From Euzebyales bacterium (GTDB lineage: Bacteria > Actinomycetota > Nitriliruptoria > Euzebyales > JAHELV01), in NCBI GenBank assembly GCA_036374135.1, contig DASUUK010000024.1:17305-81304 (forward strand): a stretch of 64,000 nt of DNA, written 5' to 3'. This document shows, piece after piece, positions 12,301 through 20,800 of the stretch. A program made the translations under genes and the position numbers. The notes under the pieces are model-generated. The model searched no databases and was not told where the DNA came from. It worked only from the letters and a program-made list of their open reading frames with translations. The stretch's first letter is position 1. Every line of letters begins with the position of its first letter.

Positions 12301-12458
12301 GACCCGTCGGTCGAGGCGTTGTCGACGACGATCAGTTCCAGGGCGGCGATGCGCCAGTCTGCGATCGTGCCCAGGATCACCGGCAGCCATCGCAGGCCGT
12401 TGTGGACGACAAGGACAACGCCGAGACGTGGGCGAGCTACCGAATCTGTGAACGACAT
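9324..12458 (-). CDS. Family-2 glycosyltransferase fused to a large polytopic membrane domain and a C-terminal extracytoplasmic domain
   Basis: 1044 aa. The N-terminus has a GT-A fold (VVLVVHNG, VVDNASTDGS, MLHDD, REDLDLCWR). It is followed by roughly 15 or more hydrophobic segments and a ~250-aa soluble C-terminus. Confidence 0.85.
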   Translation of the reverse strand: MSFTDSVARPRLGVVLVVHNGLRWLPVILGTIADWRIAALELIVVDNASTDGSSDLLTSRVTADRLVRLDEPRTFAEAFEIGRRHPALAGAPLVLMLHDDLVMTVDTVATLLATMEADPEVAVAGPKLREWSQEPLVQQVGQTIDPFGRWSRQLDPGEIDQGQHDEETDTLFVSTAGMIVRSDAYEGLGGFDTRMSFAREDLDLCWRAWIAGYRVRVVPHAVGYHVSAGERGGRPLGEDRSHEVEYLTERHTLAAMLKNYSLARLALLIPVGTVLFLFRALGLLLTRRVGAGTAGLKAVGWNVLRLPRTLLLRRGVQQLRRRTDSDLRPLFASPWARLRDYGEAIGTWLSGSRTPRLLEDPTTATLRTSQSRTLGAFLRRHPSLIVGPILLALYLVGAIPLLGGGQIIGGQVLPWPDEATDFIRAYTHPWHGDPLGSWSFLPPVQPVLGLLSYLGLGSMWLAQRLVVLGMLPLAFILTIRAGRLLSTRMWPRLLGATVYTLSPAVLGALAEGRFSELLVAALLPGLVVLAVWSADHRRTPAEGWRASAVMALVLAILWSAAPGAWMVPAGIWLTAVVAAGVGSRRGALLRTFSAAPLALIVLAPWLADVVRSGGQVIDAAPFEPVTAWQAFLLAPDILPGLEPIGVYVAALVTAGVVGAALLLTGRGRATAVVVLLGVITIWGMIAWGIGFLGLETTWIPALLLPGALALAGLATLAARSISDHLRTYNFGLRQVLAAGCALVLVAGLAGGLYRVVTDPWSELRIARDLVPAFVAADVERIGNYRILLLSGGEDTLDWDVTDADGPTMLQFGTSPSEPLSGDFARSVASIGLGDPRAALELGLLNVRYVVIHDRDNRSEIAGLLSAQPDLEPLPSGAGQIFEVSTWLPRAAVVPADTAQSAADAVRQVDTGALEDDGLRETAPGSYTGDVVPGWLLLSEARSSRWNVELDGQRLQAVPGVYANVYEITEPGRLEITPGGETRHLWVVAAQLLAVFAVISLALRPPRSGVDRRDIDDVHVGPYPAPMPGPAARAAAAATITGDLR

Positions 12459-12562
12459 GGAGGAAGGACTGGCGCTCGAGAAGAGATTCCGCCCGCTTCA
12501 CCGGGCCGTAACCCTACGCATCGTAGCCCGTCGGCTTCACTCGCCCACGGGGGTGCACCTGC

Positions 12563-12808
12563 CTAAGAGGCCAACCGCTTGAGCTTGCGACGCTCGCGCT
12601 CGCTCATCCCGCCCCAGATGCCGAACCGCTCGTCGTGCTCCACGGCGTACTCGAGGCACTCGACCCGCACCGTGCACTCCGAGCAGATGCGCTTGGCCTC
12701 CCGGGTCGAGCCGCCCTTCTCGGGGAAGAAGACGTCAGGGTCGGCGTTGAGGCACTTCGCCTCGTCGGCCCACGGTACCGGTTCGATGAACACGTCTTCC
12801 CCTGTCAC
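12563..12808 (-). CDS. whiB: WhiB-family Fe-S transcriptional regulator
   Basis: 81 aa with four Cys (C..CSEC..VEC), the GIWGG turn and a basic tail (ERERRKLKRL). GTG start. Confidence 0.92.
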   Translation of the reverse strand: MTGEDVFIEPVPWADEAKCLNADPDVFFPEKGGSTREAKRICSECTVRVECLEYAVEHDERFGIWGGMSERERRKLKRLAS

Positions 12809-12982
12809 GCGAGTGCATCCGCCGACGTGCGGGCGTCCCGTTCCGCGGCCCTGCAGGTGCCGCGCTGCGGTTCCTCACACGTTTGGAACTCCACCTGTGT
12901 AACTATGCTCGCGCCCACGCGCATCGTCAACCCGGGATCCGGGTGTTTTCGCGATATTGGCGCGTGTTGTGTAGTGAGAAGA
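12809..12982 (-). promoter_or_regulatory. whiB upstream region with candidate promoter
   Basis: This is a lower-GC stretch. On the minus strand, TTGACG (12930-12925) is followed 16-19 nt later by CATAGTTA (12908-12900). A small hairpin, CCCGG-GAT-CCGGG (12931-12943), lies just after the rarA stop. Confidence 0.3.
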
Positions 12983-14332
12983 CTACTCTGCGTCGTTCTT
13001 ACGGAGCCACGTGTGCATGTCCGGCTCACGTCCGTGGGTTCCCGGCCGGTACAGCTGACCGGACACGAGCCCGTCCGGTCCGTACTGCTGTGCCACCCAG
13101 CCGCGGGGGTCGTCATGGGGATAGCGGTATCCCGCGCCGTGGCCCAGCCGTTTCGCGCCCTTGTAGTGCGCGTCACGCAGGTGCGCCGGCACGGCGGCGT
13201 TGCCCAGCCGTTCGACGGCACGGTCGGCATTGACCAGCGCGTTCGTGACGCTGTTCGACTTGGGTGCCAGCGCGAGGTACAGGGCGGCCTGCGCCAGCGC
13301 GAAGCGTGCCTCGGGAAGTCCGACCGACTCCAGCGCGTGCCACGCCGATGTCGCCACCGACAGCGCGTCCGGATCGGCGAGCCCGACGTCCTCGCTGGCC
13401 AGGATGATCATCCTGCGTGCCAGGAACCTGGGGTCCTCGCCCTCGGTGAGCATCCGTACCAGCCAGTAGACGGCCGCATCAGGATCCGAGCCCCGCAGCG
13501 ACTTGATGAACGCGCTGACCTGGTCGTAGTGGGCGTCACCGGACTTGTCGTAACGCATGTGAGGGCTGCCCAGCGCGACCCGCACGTCATCACCGGTCAC
13601 TTCACGGCCCGCGGCGGTCGCGGCCGCCGCCTCGAGTCCGGTCAACGCCACCCGGGCGTCGCCGTCGGCGGCCGCGATCAACGCGGTCCGCGCGTCGCGA
13701 GCCAGCTGCACACCTGGAAGGCCGTCAGCGCGGTCCAACGCCCGATCGATGACCCGGCCGATCGCGTCGTCGTCCAACGGACGCAGCCGATACAGCAGGC
13801 TGCGCGACAGCAGTGGTGCGTTGACCTCGAAGCTGGGGTTCTCGGTCGTGGCACCGATCAGCGTCACCGAGCCGTCCTCCACCGCCGGCAGGAGTGCATC
13901 CTGCTGCGCCCGGTTGAAGCGGTGGATCTCGTCGATGAACAGCACCGTGGCGCGGTCGGCGGCATCGCGGCGCGTCCGCGCGCGCTCGATCTGCTCGCGG
14001 ACCTCGCGTACGCCGGCGGTCACCGCCGACAGCTCCACGAACGCGGCGCTGGTGGTCGCCGCGATCACACGTGCCAGGGTCGTCTTGCCGGTGCCCGGTG
14101 GTCCCCACAACACGATGCTGCGCAGCGCGTCGGTCTCGATCGCACGCCGCAGTGGCGAGTCGGGACCGGTCAGCTGCTCCTGACCGATCAGCTCCTCGAG
14201 CCGCGCCGGGCGCACCCGCGCCGCGAGCGGGACGCCGGCCGATGACGTCGTCGGCGGTACGTCCACGTCGGGCGGCTCGGCGCCGAACAGCGACGCCGTG
14301 CCACCCGGGTCGTCCTGGAGACCCCGGGTCAC
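12983..14332 (-). CDS. rarA: Replication-associated recombination protein A (AAA+ ATPase)
   Basis: The C-terminal 450 aa of ORF 12983..15220 carry Walker A (LWGPPGTGKTT), Walker B (LFIDEIHRFN) and the MgsA C-terminal motifs (HYDQVSAFIKSLRGSD, AHLRDAHY). The start is placed at GTG 14332 (VTRGLQDD...SLFG). The longer ORF overlaps the divergent csaB-like gene. Confidence 0.9.
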   Translation of the reverse strand: MTRGLQDDPGGTASLFGAEPPDVDVPPTTSSAGVPLAARVRPARLEELIGQEQLTGPDSPLRRAIETDALRSIVLWGPPGTGKTTLARVIAATTSAAFVELSAVTAGVREVREQIERARTRRDAADRATVLFIDEIHRFNRAQQDALLPAVEDGSVTLIGATTENPSFEVNAPLLSRSLLYRLRPLDDDAIGRVIDRALDRADGLPGVQLARDARTALIAAADGDARVALTGLEAAAATAAGREVTGDDVRVALGSPHMRYDKSGDAHYDQVSAFIKSLRGSDPDAAVYWLVRMLTEGEDPRFLARRMIILASEDVGLADPDALSVATSAWHALESVGLPEARFALAQAALYLALAPKSNSVTNALVNADRAVERLGNAAVPAHLRDAHYKGAKRLGHGAGYRYPHDDPRGWVAQQYGPDGLVSGQLYRPGTHGREPDMHTWLRKNDAE

Positions 14333-14435
14333 GGCGCGCTCGGCGTGGTCGATGCGTCCATCAGGCAACGGTAACGCCTCGACGCCCGTGGTGGGCACGC
14401 CATCCACGGTCGGTGAGCACGGGAGGTGGCAGCGC

Positions 14436-15515
14436 GTGCGCGTGACCGTCGCCGCCTGGATCGGCTCGGCCAACGCGGGTGACGAGCTGATCTTCGCCGC
14501 GCTGCGCGCGAAGCTCGTCGCGCGCGGTGCGCGCGTGACGGCGATCACCGCGCACGCCCGCGACGCCGACGGTGGCGTCCCGGCGGTGGGCCACCTCGAC
14601 GCCGCCGCCGTGTGGCGGGCGGTCGCGGGCGGCGATGCGCTGGTGTTCGGCGGTGGCGGACTGCTCCAGGACCAGACGTCGTCGTTCAACCTGCCGTTGC
14701 ACCTGTCACGGCTGTGGATCGCGGGGCTGACGCGGACACCGCACGCGGTCGTCGGCGTCGGAGCGGGTCCGCTGCAGACACGCATCGGACGGGGCCAGGT
14801 GCGCCGCGCGCTGCGGGGTGCGACGGCCGTGACCGTCCGGGATCGCCCATCCGCACGGACCCTGCGGCGCGCAGGCGTGCGCGGCGTACGGGTGACCGCC
14901 GACCTGGCCGTGTCCCTGCCGTCACCCCAGGTCGCGCCGGCGGACGCCATCACCGCGTGCCTTCGTCCCTGGCGCGGGGGACGCAACTGCCTGCCCGTCG
15001 CCACGCGAGCCGCCCGCGACGTCACACCGGAGGCGATGGTCGACCGTCTCGCGCGGGGCCTCGATGCCGCTGCGGGGGCGCTCGGGCTGCCCGTGCGACT
15101 GGTCGCGATGCAGCGCGGGTGGGACGATCTGCTCCACGCCCGCGTCGCACGGCGACTGCGCGCGCCCGTGACACTGCTGAGTCCTCCACCGGAGCGGGTC
15201 GTCGCCGAGATCGCGGCCACCCGTGTGGTGGTGGCGATGCGCTACCACGCGGCCGTCGCCGCCATACTCGCCGGGCGCCCTGCGGCGCTGATCGGCTACG
15301 CGCCGAAGGTGGCGGCGATCGGGGCCGAGATGGGCCCCGCGGCACGCATGGTCGGGTGGACGCCCGAGGCGCTGGACGGTCTGGCCGACGCGGTGCTCGC
15401 CGTCGCGGGTCGCGACCACGACCTGCCCGCCGTGCTCAGCGACCTGCGCGCACGTGAGCGCGGCAACGACACCGTGCTCGACGATCTCCTCACGCTCGCC
15501 GAGGCCCGCCGCTGA
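14436..15515 (+). CDS. csaB: Polysaccharide pyruvyl transferase (CsaB-like)
   Basis: VTVAAWIGSANAGDELIF...GDALVFGGGGLLQDQTS...VGVGAGPL...VTVRDRPS fits the PS_pyruv_trans pattern. GTG 14436 is preceded by GGGAGGTGG. Confidence 0.85.
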   Translation: MRVTVAAWIGSANAGDELIFAALRAKLVARGARVTAITAHARDADGGVPAVGHLDAAAVWRAVAGGDALVFGGGGLLQDQTSSFNLPLHLSRLWIAGLTRTPHAVVGVGAGPLQTRIGRGQVRRALRGATAVTVRDRPSARTLRRAGVRGVRVTADLAVSLPSPQVAPADAITACLRPWRGGRNCLPVATRAARDVTPEAMVDRLARGLDAAAGALGLPVRLVAMQRGWDDLLHARVARRLRAPVTLLSPPPERVVAEIAATRVVVAMRYHAAVAAILAGRPAALIGYAPKVAAIGAEMGPAARMVGWTPEALDGLADAVLAVAGRDHDLPAVLSDLRARERGNDTVLDDLLTLAEARR

Positions 15516-15592
15516 CGGCGGCATCGCCACCGGCGACCGCCTACCGGTGTCAACCCCGACCGGCTCCGGGGCGGGCACATCGCACCGGGGGT

Positions 15593-16717
15593 TCAGCCAT
15601 GCGCCACACGGCCGACCGGCGGGGGCGGGTCGCGCGTGAGTGCGAGCAGGTCGGCCAGGATCCGCTCGGACGGGCGCCGGTCGAGGTCCGCCCGTCCACG
15701 GCGGTAGCGGTCGGGATCGGCGATGACCTCGGCGACGGTCTGCGGGCGGTAGCCGGACAGCACCACGTTGGCGCCGAGTCCGTCGGACCGCTCCGTCCTC
15801 GCCCGCCACAACAGCGTCGGCACCCCCAGCAGCGCGCACTCCTCCTGCACACTGCCGCCGTCGGTGATGACCAGCCGCGCGCCGGCGATGGCGTGCACGA
15901 ACGCCCGATGGGAGATCACCGGCGACACCTCGATCCCGGCGTCGATCACACGCCCGTGCAGGCCCATCCGGTGCAGAGCGCGCACGGTCGGCGCGTGGAC
16001 CACGAACAGCACCCGCATGGTCGTGGCCAGCCGCTCCACGGTCGCGACGAGGCGCTCGACCCGTCGTCGGCTGGTCAGGTTCTCGACCCGGTGCATCGTC
16101 ACCACCGCCCCGCCGCCCGATGGCCGTGCCCGCCCGAGCGCGTCGCGCAACGCGTCGATCACCGTGTTGCCGTCGAGCGCCACCGACCGACGATCGAGTC
16201 CCATAGCGCGCAGGTTGTCCATCGCGGCGGCATCGGGCGCGAACAACCTGGTGGCCAGGCGCATCACGAGGACCCTGATCGCCTCCTCGGGAAACGGCTG
16301 GCGCAGGCTGTGCGAGCGCAGGCCCGCCTCGAGGTGGGCGACCGCCAGCCCGGCACGCCTGGCCAGCAGCGCTGACAGCAGCGTGGATGGCGTGTCACCG
16401 TGGACGACGCACACGCCGCCACGGTCGCCGAAGATCTCGCGACGGACGGCGCGCGACGACCACAATCGTCCGGCGATGCCGCCGGCCCAGGCGACGGCAC
16501 CGGCGATCGAGGTGATGTCGTCGGCACCGCCGAGCACGACGTCCGGCTGCCGGACCCCGAGATCGGCACGCATCGTGGCGGACAGGCGCGCGTGCTGGCC
16601 CGAGTCGATCAGCCGGTGATCGATGCCGCGTGCCGTCAGCAGGCGCAGCAGCGGCGCGGTCTTGATGTACTGGGCCTTCGTGCCCACGAAGATGTGGATG
16701 GCGTCCTTGCCTCGCAC
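15593..16717 (-). CDS. UDP-N-acetylglucosamine 2-epimerase (WecB/MnaA)-like protein
   Basis: IHIFVGTKAQYIKTAPL, VVHGDTPSTL, AHLEAGLRS and ITDGGSVQEE match non-hydrolysing 2-epimerase motifs. The start is placed at GTG 16717 after GGAGGGG. The track ORF (to 16927) has an Arg/Cys-rich, implausible extension. Confidence 0.8.
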   Translation of the reverse strand: MRGKDAIHIFVGTKAQYIKTAPLLRLLTARGIDHRLIDSGQHARLSATMRADLGVRQPDVVLGGADDITSIAGAVAWAGGIAGRLWSSRAVRREIFGDRGGVCVVHGDTPSTLLSALLARRAGLAVAHLEAGLRSHSLRQPFPEEAIRVLVMRLATRLFAPDAAAMDNLRAMGLDRRSVALDGNTVIDALRDALGRARPSGGGAVVTMHRVENLTSRRRVERLVATVERLATTMRVLFVVHAPTVRALHRMGLHGRVIDAGIEVSPVISHRAFVHAIAGARLVITDGGSVQEECALLGVPTLLWRARTERSDGLGANVVLSGYRPQTVAEVIADPDRYRRGRADLDRRPSERILADLLALTRDPPPPVGRVAHG

Positions 16718-16905
16718 CCGCCGGATCCCCTCCGCGCCATGCTCTGGACCTGGGCGTCGCAGGCACCGTCGAGGTGGCAGCATAACCACGCGCGTCGCCC
16801 CCACCGCGGCACGGCGGCGGCAGCGCGACATGTGCAGCACATCGACGGCGCGACCAGGGCCCCGACTTTGGCGTCGCGAACCCGAGGGCGGCGTCGAGCA
16901 GGTGC

Positions 16906-16920
16906 GCGAACGGTGTTCGC
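16906..16920. promoter_or_regulatory. Perfect 6-3-6 inverted repeat GCGAAC-GGT-GTTCGC, candidate TetR operator
   Basis: Seen directly. It lies 27 nt upstream of the tetR ATG, and TAGAGT (16934-16939) is a -10-like hexamer just downstream. It sits in the divergent intergenic region shared with the epimerase-like gene. Confidence 0.4.
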
Positions 16921-16946
16921 ACTGCAACTTCTGTTAGAGTGCCGGC

Positions 16947-17708
16947 ATGCCGACACGACGAGAGCGCCTACGCGCCGAGCTGACGGGCCAGATCAAGGCC
17001 GCTGCACTCGAGCGTCTGCAGACCCACGGGGCCGATGGACTGTCACTGCGGGCAGTCGCACGCGATGTCGGGCTGAGCGCACCGGGCATGTACCGCTACT
17101 TCGACAGTCGTGACGCGCTGCTGACGGCACTCATCACCGAGGGTTACGAGGACCTGGCCGATCACGTCATCTTCGCGGTCATCGGGAGCGACCAGCCGCT
17201 GTCGGACGGTGATCGGCCTGCGCCGATGGTGCCGGAGCGCGTACCGGTCAACGCGCCACCGGCGCAGCGCTTCGGTGCGTCGGCGCGGGCGTACCGGCAC
17301 TGGTCACGAACCCATCCCAACGAGTTCGCCCTGCTGTACGGCACTCCGATCCCCGGGTACGCGGCGCCCACGGGTGGCCCGACCGTCGACGCCGTGCGAC
17401 GGATGTCGATCGCGCTGCTCCGTCCCCTGGTGGAGGCGCACGTCGTCGATGCGCTCCGCATCCCCGAGAGCTTCGCCGCCGACGACCTCGGGGACGCGAC
17501 CGCGCTGCTGCGTGCCGACATCGCCGATCTGGCGGGCATGCCCGTCCCCGCGGCGCTGCCGCCGTTCCTCCTGGCGACGTGGGCGCGTCTGCACGGCATC
17601 GTCACCCTCGAGGTGTTCAACCAGTTCGCGTTCGCGTTCGGCGACGACGCCGGCGACCTGTTCGAAGCCGAGCTCGCGTCACTCACCGCGCAGACGTTCA
17701 TCGGCTGA
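16947..17708 (+). CDS. TetR/AcrR family transcriptional regulator
   Basis: N-terminal HTH (LSLRAVARDVGLSAPGMYRYFDSRDALL) and a C-terminal ligand domain with a WxxLHG-type ending (TWARLHGIVTLEV). Confidence 0.9.
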   Translation: MPTRRERLRAELTGQIKAAALERLQTHGADGLSLRAVARDVGLSAPGMYRYFDSRDALLTALITEGYEDLADHVIFAVIGSDQPLSDGDRPAPMVPERVPVNAPPAQRFGASARAYRHWSRTHPNEFALLYGTPIPGYAAPTGGPTVDAVRRMSIALLRPLVEAHVVDALRIPESFAADDLGDATALLRADIADLAGMPVPAALPPFLLATWARLHGIVTLEVFNQFAFAFGDDAGDLFEAELASLTAQTFIG

Positions 17709-17835
17709 GCCCGCGAGTGACGAGACGCGCCCCGTCATGCGACCCGGTGGGCGCGGGCGAGCTCATGGCGGGACGCATCGCAGTACCGCGTGACTGCCTT
17801 CCCGATCCCGCGCGCACGATCGGACGCGGCTCGAG

Positions 17836-20800
17836 CTACGGTGAGCCGAGCAGGTAGTCCATCGAGCGCTGCATCACCTCGTTGCGCTCCGCTTCGGTGG
17901 CGATGCCCTCGAACCCGAAGCCGTGCAGCACCGTGTCCTCGGTCGTGATCGCGGCCCCGAACTGGTAGATCGCGCCGATGCGTTGCCAGTCGGTCGGGTT
18001 CGTCCCGCTACCCTCCGGAGCACCGATGACCTCCCAGCCACCGAGGTCCTGCTCGAACGATGTCTCGGCCAGCGTGGCGCCGTCCGCGGTGATGACCGGC
18101 TCGTCCACGAACACCCCGAGGTCACCGGTCGCCCAGTCAGTGGCGTAGGTCAGCGAGACCTCGATCTGCTGACCGACGTACGCCGACAGGTCGATGGACC
18201 AGTCCTCGATGCCGTCCGACGGACCCGATGTCGCGTGCCACTCGCCCGTGGTGCCGGTTCCCGAGCACGTGGCCTGGCCGTCCTCGTCGGTGGTCACCGT
18301 CTGGTAGTGCTCGAGCTGCGGGTGGATCTGCTCCGCCCATCCACTGGTGCACGACGAGCCCGTGTCGACCGATGTGTGCCCGTTGCTGTCAGGCAGCGTC
18401 GTCCAGTTGTCCTCGCCGACGGTGTGCACCTCGACGAAGAAGTAGTCCCAGTCGGCCTCGGTCTGGTAGGTCGTCGAGAACTCGAGCGTCGCGCTGGTGC
18501 CGGCGCCCGTCAGGTCGATCGCCCGGGCCAGGCGCTTGTAGGACCGGTCGTTGTGCTGGGCCGCAACCTGCCACTCGCCATCGGACGGCTCGAACGGCGC
18601 CGGCTCGCCGGTGAGCCATCTGGCCGACCGCCACGACTCGAACTGTGGGAACTCGTCGACCGGCAGCACACCGCTGGTCGCAGCCCAGGACGCCGTGCCC
18701 GTGCTGGCGGCGCCCGGCGCGCCCTGGTTGTCCGCGCTCTCGTCGCCGTCGAGGCCCCACTCGAGGTCGGCGTACGGCGTGTCCACACCGGCGATGTCGA
18801 ACGCGATGCCGTCGTCGTCGAGCCCACCGCGACGTATCCGTACGTAACCTCCGAAGTAGTACTGGTAGGTGTCGTTCGACAGCGTCAGGCAGTTGTTGCT
18901 CGTGCAGACCTCGGTCGGGTCGGCGTTCTCGCCGTAGGAGAGCGGGAAGAACTCCTCGAAGCCGTGGTTCTTGCCCGTCGCGAGGATCTTGCCGCCCTCG
19001 TTGAGGTAGTCGCGCATGGCCATGTTGACCTCGTGCGCGACCAGCGTGGTGTTCAGCCCTCCCTGGTAGTTGGTGACGAGCTTGTCGCCCGTGTACCAGA
19101 CCACCGCGTCGTAGTGGGCCAGCACGCCCAGCGGGTGCGGTGCGGGGCCGTCGATGCCCACGTCGTACACGTCCCAGCCGTACCCGGCCGCGTCGAGCGC
19201 CTTGGTGTAGTAGTCGAGGTACGCCAGCGGCGTCGTGCCACCGAGGTCGGTGCCGGGGCTGTTGTCCGCGACGATCAGTACCTCGTCACCACTGGTGCTC
19301 TCGACCGTGAACGTGAAGTGGTCACTCTCGACCGTCTCTGCGCCACCGCGCGGACCTGCGCTGGTCTCTCTGCGCTCGGGCAGATCCCTGGCTGTGAACC
19401 AGACCTCGACCTCGTCGCCGGCCGCGATGTCGGTGATCTGACCGCGGTACTCGGCGTACCAGACGTTGTTCTCGACGCCGTAGCGCTCGCCGCCCTGCCA
19501 CTCGGAGACGTCGGTCACCCGCGTGCGACCACCGTTGACCGAGTGGTGCATCCTGAGCCGGGTGTGCTCGCGCTTGGTCCACATCGCAACCGTCTGCGGC
19601 GCGCCGTAGCTGACGGAGAAGTCGTCGACCACGAAGTCGGGCGCCGGTGTGCCGACCGGTGACTCGGGGTCGGCCGGGTCGTCAGCGGACTCGGCCATGG
19701 CGAGCGCGAAATCGAGGTTCTTGGCGAACTCGAACTCCACCAGCGGCTCGGAGTCGGGGAACTCGAAGACGGACCGTCCCTCGTCGGTGCAGTAGTCCGG
19801 ACCGAACTCGTCATCGGTGAAGTAGGTGGTCGCCGTCTGGCACGTCGCGAGCTCCGGCGTGTATGCCAGGACCCCGTAGGCGGTGTGGGCGTGGTCCGTC
19901 GTGTCGCCGTTGGTGATGTAGAGCTCGGCCGACAGATCGGGGTCGTAGCCCTCGATCGCCGGATTGGCGTCGGTGCCTGCGAGCGCGATGTTCACGGCGT
20001 CGTCCGGCGTCGGCGTGTCGACCTGCCAGCCGACGCCGTACAGGATCAGCTCTGCGGCGGAGTGGTAGTTCACCAGGAACGAGAAGTCGACCGACGACAC
20101 CAGCCCGTCCAACGCCTGCGTCTCGGGCTCGGACGCCGGACCCGTCCCGCGGTAGGTCTCGCTGGACGGATCCTCGGACGATCCTTCGTTGTCGTAGCCC
20201 CAGTTGGTCGGGAAGTTGCGGTTGAGGTCGACGCCGTCACCGGTGGTGATCGCTCCATCCCCGTCGTTGTCGCGGAGGTTCTTGCGCCAGAGGCGCTGGC
20301 CGTCGGTGAAGGTCCAGTCGTACCCGTCGGGGTTGGCGACCAGCACGAACCACAGCTCGCGGCTGTCGACCAGCCTGGTCACCTGCGCATCGGTGCCGTA
20401 GCTCTCGAGGAAGTGGCGCAGCAGCCGGCGGTTGACCTCCGTGCTGATCCACTCGCGGGCGTGCTGGGTCGAGACGTACAGCACGGCCGGACGCTGGCCC
20501 TCCTGCACCCGGTCGGCGTCGGCGGTGACGCGCATGGCATAGATCGGCTGACCCTGGACGCTCTCGCCGATGGTGATGAGCTCGGTCAGGCCGTCGTACT
20601 GCGAGGCCAGCAGCTCCAACTCGTCGGCGATGCCGCCGGGCTCGCTGAAGCTTCGCCACACCTCGAAGCCGTTGTCGGCCTCGAGCGTGGCCGCCTGGGC
20701 TGTCGTCAGCCCATCGTCGCTGCGCTTGAGCCGGACCTCGAGGCCGCGCCTGCGGCCGTTGCCCTGGCGCAGTGCATGGGCCTGACCCTCGGTGAGGACC

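Noticed and set aside
14333-15220. Long N-terminal extension of the rarA ORF (745 aa in the track)
   Set aside because: The extension is Arg/Ser/Ala/Thr-rich, has no homology pattern, and fully overlaps the well-supported CsaB-like gene on the other strand. RarA-family proteins are about 440-450 aa. Similar extensions were rejected for hisG (3938-4111), birA (34079-34372), the epimerase-like gene (16718-16927), the aldehyde DH (41521-41649), gdh (56419-56541) and the Trm112-like gene (5599-5775).
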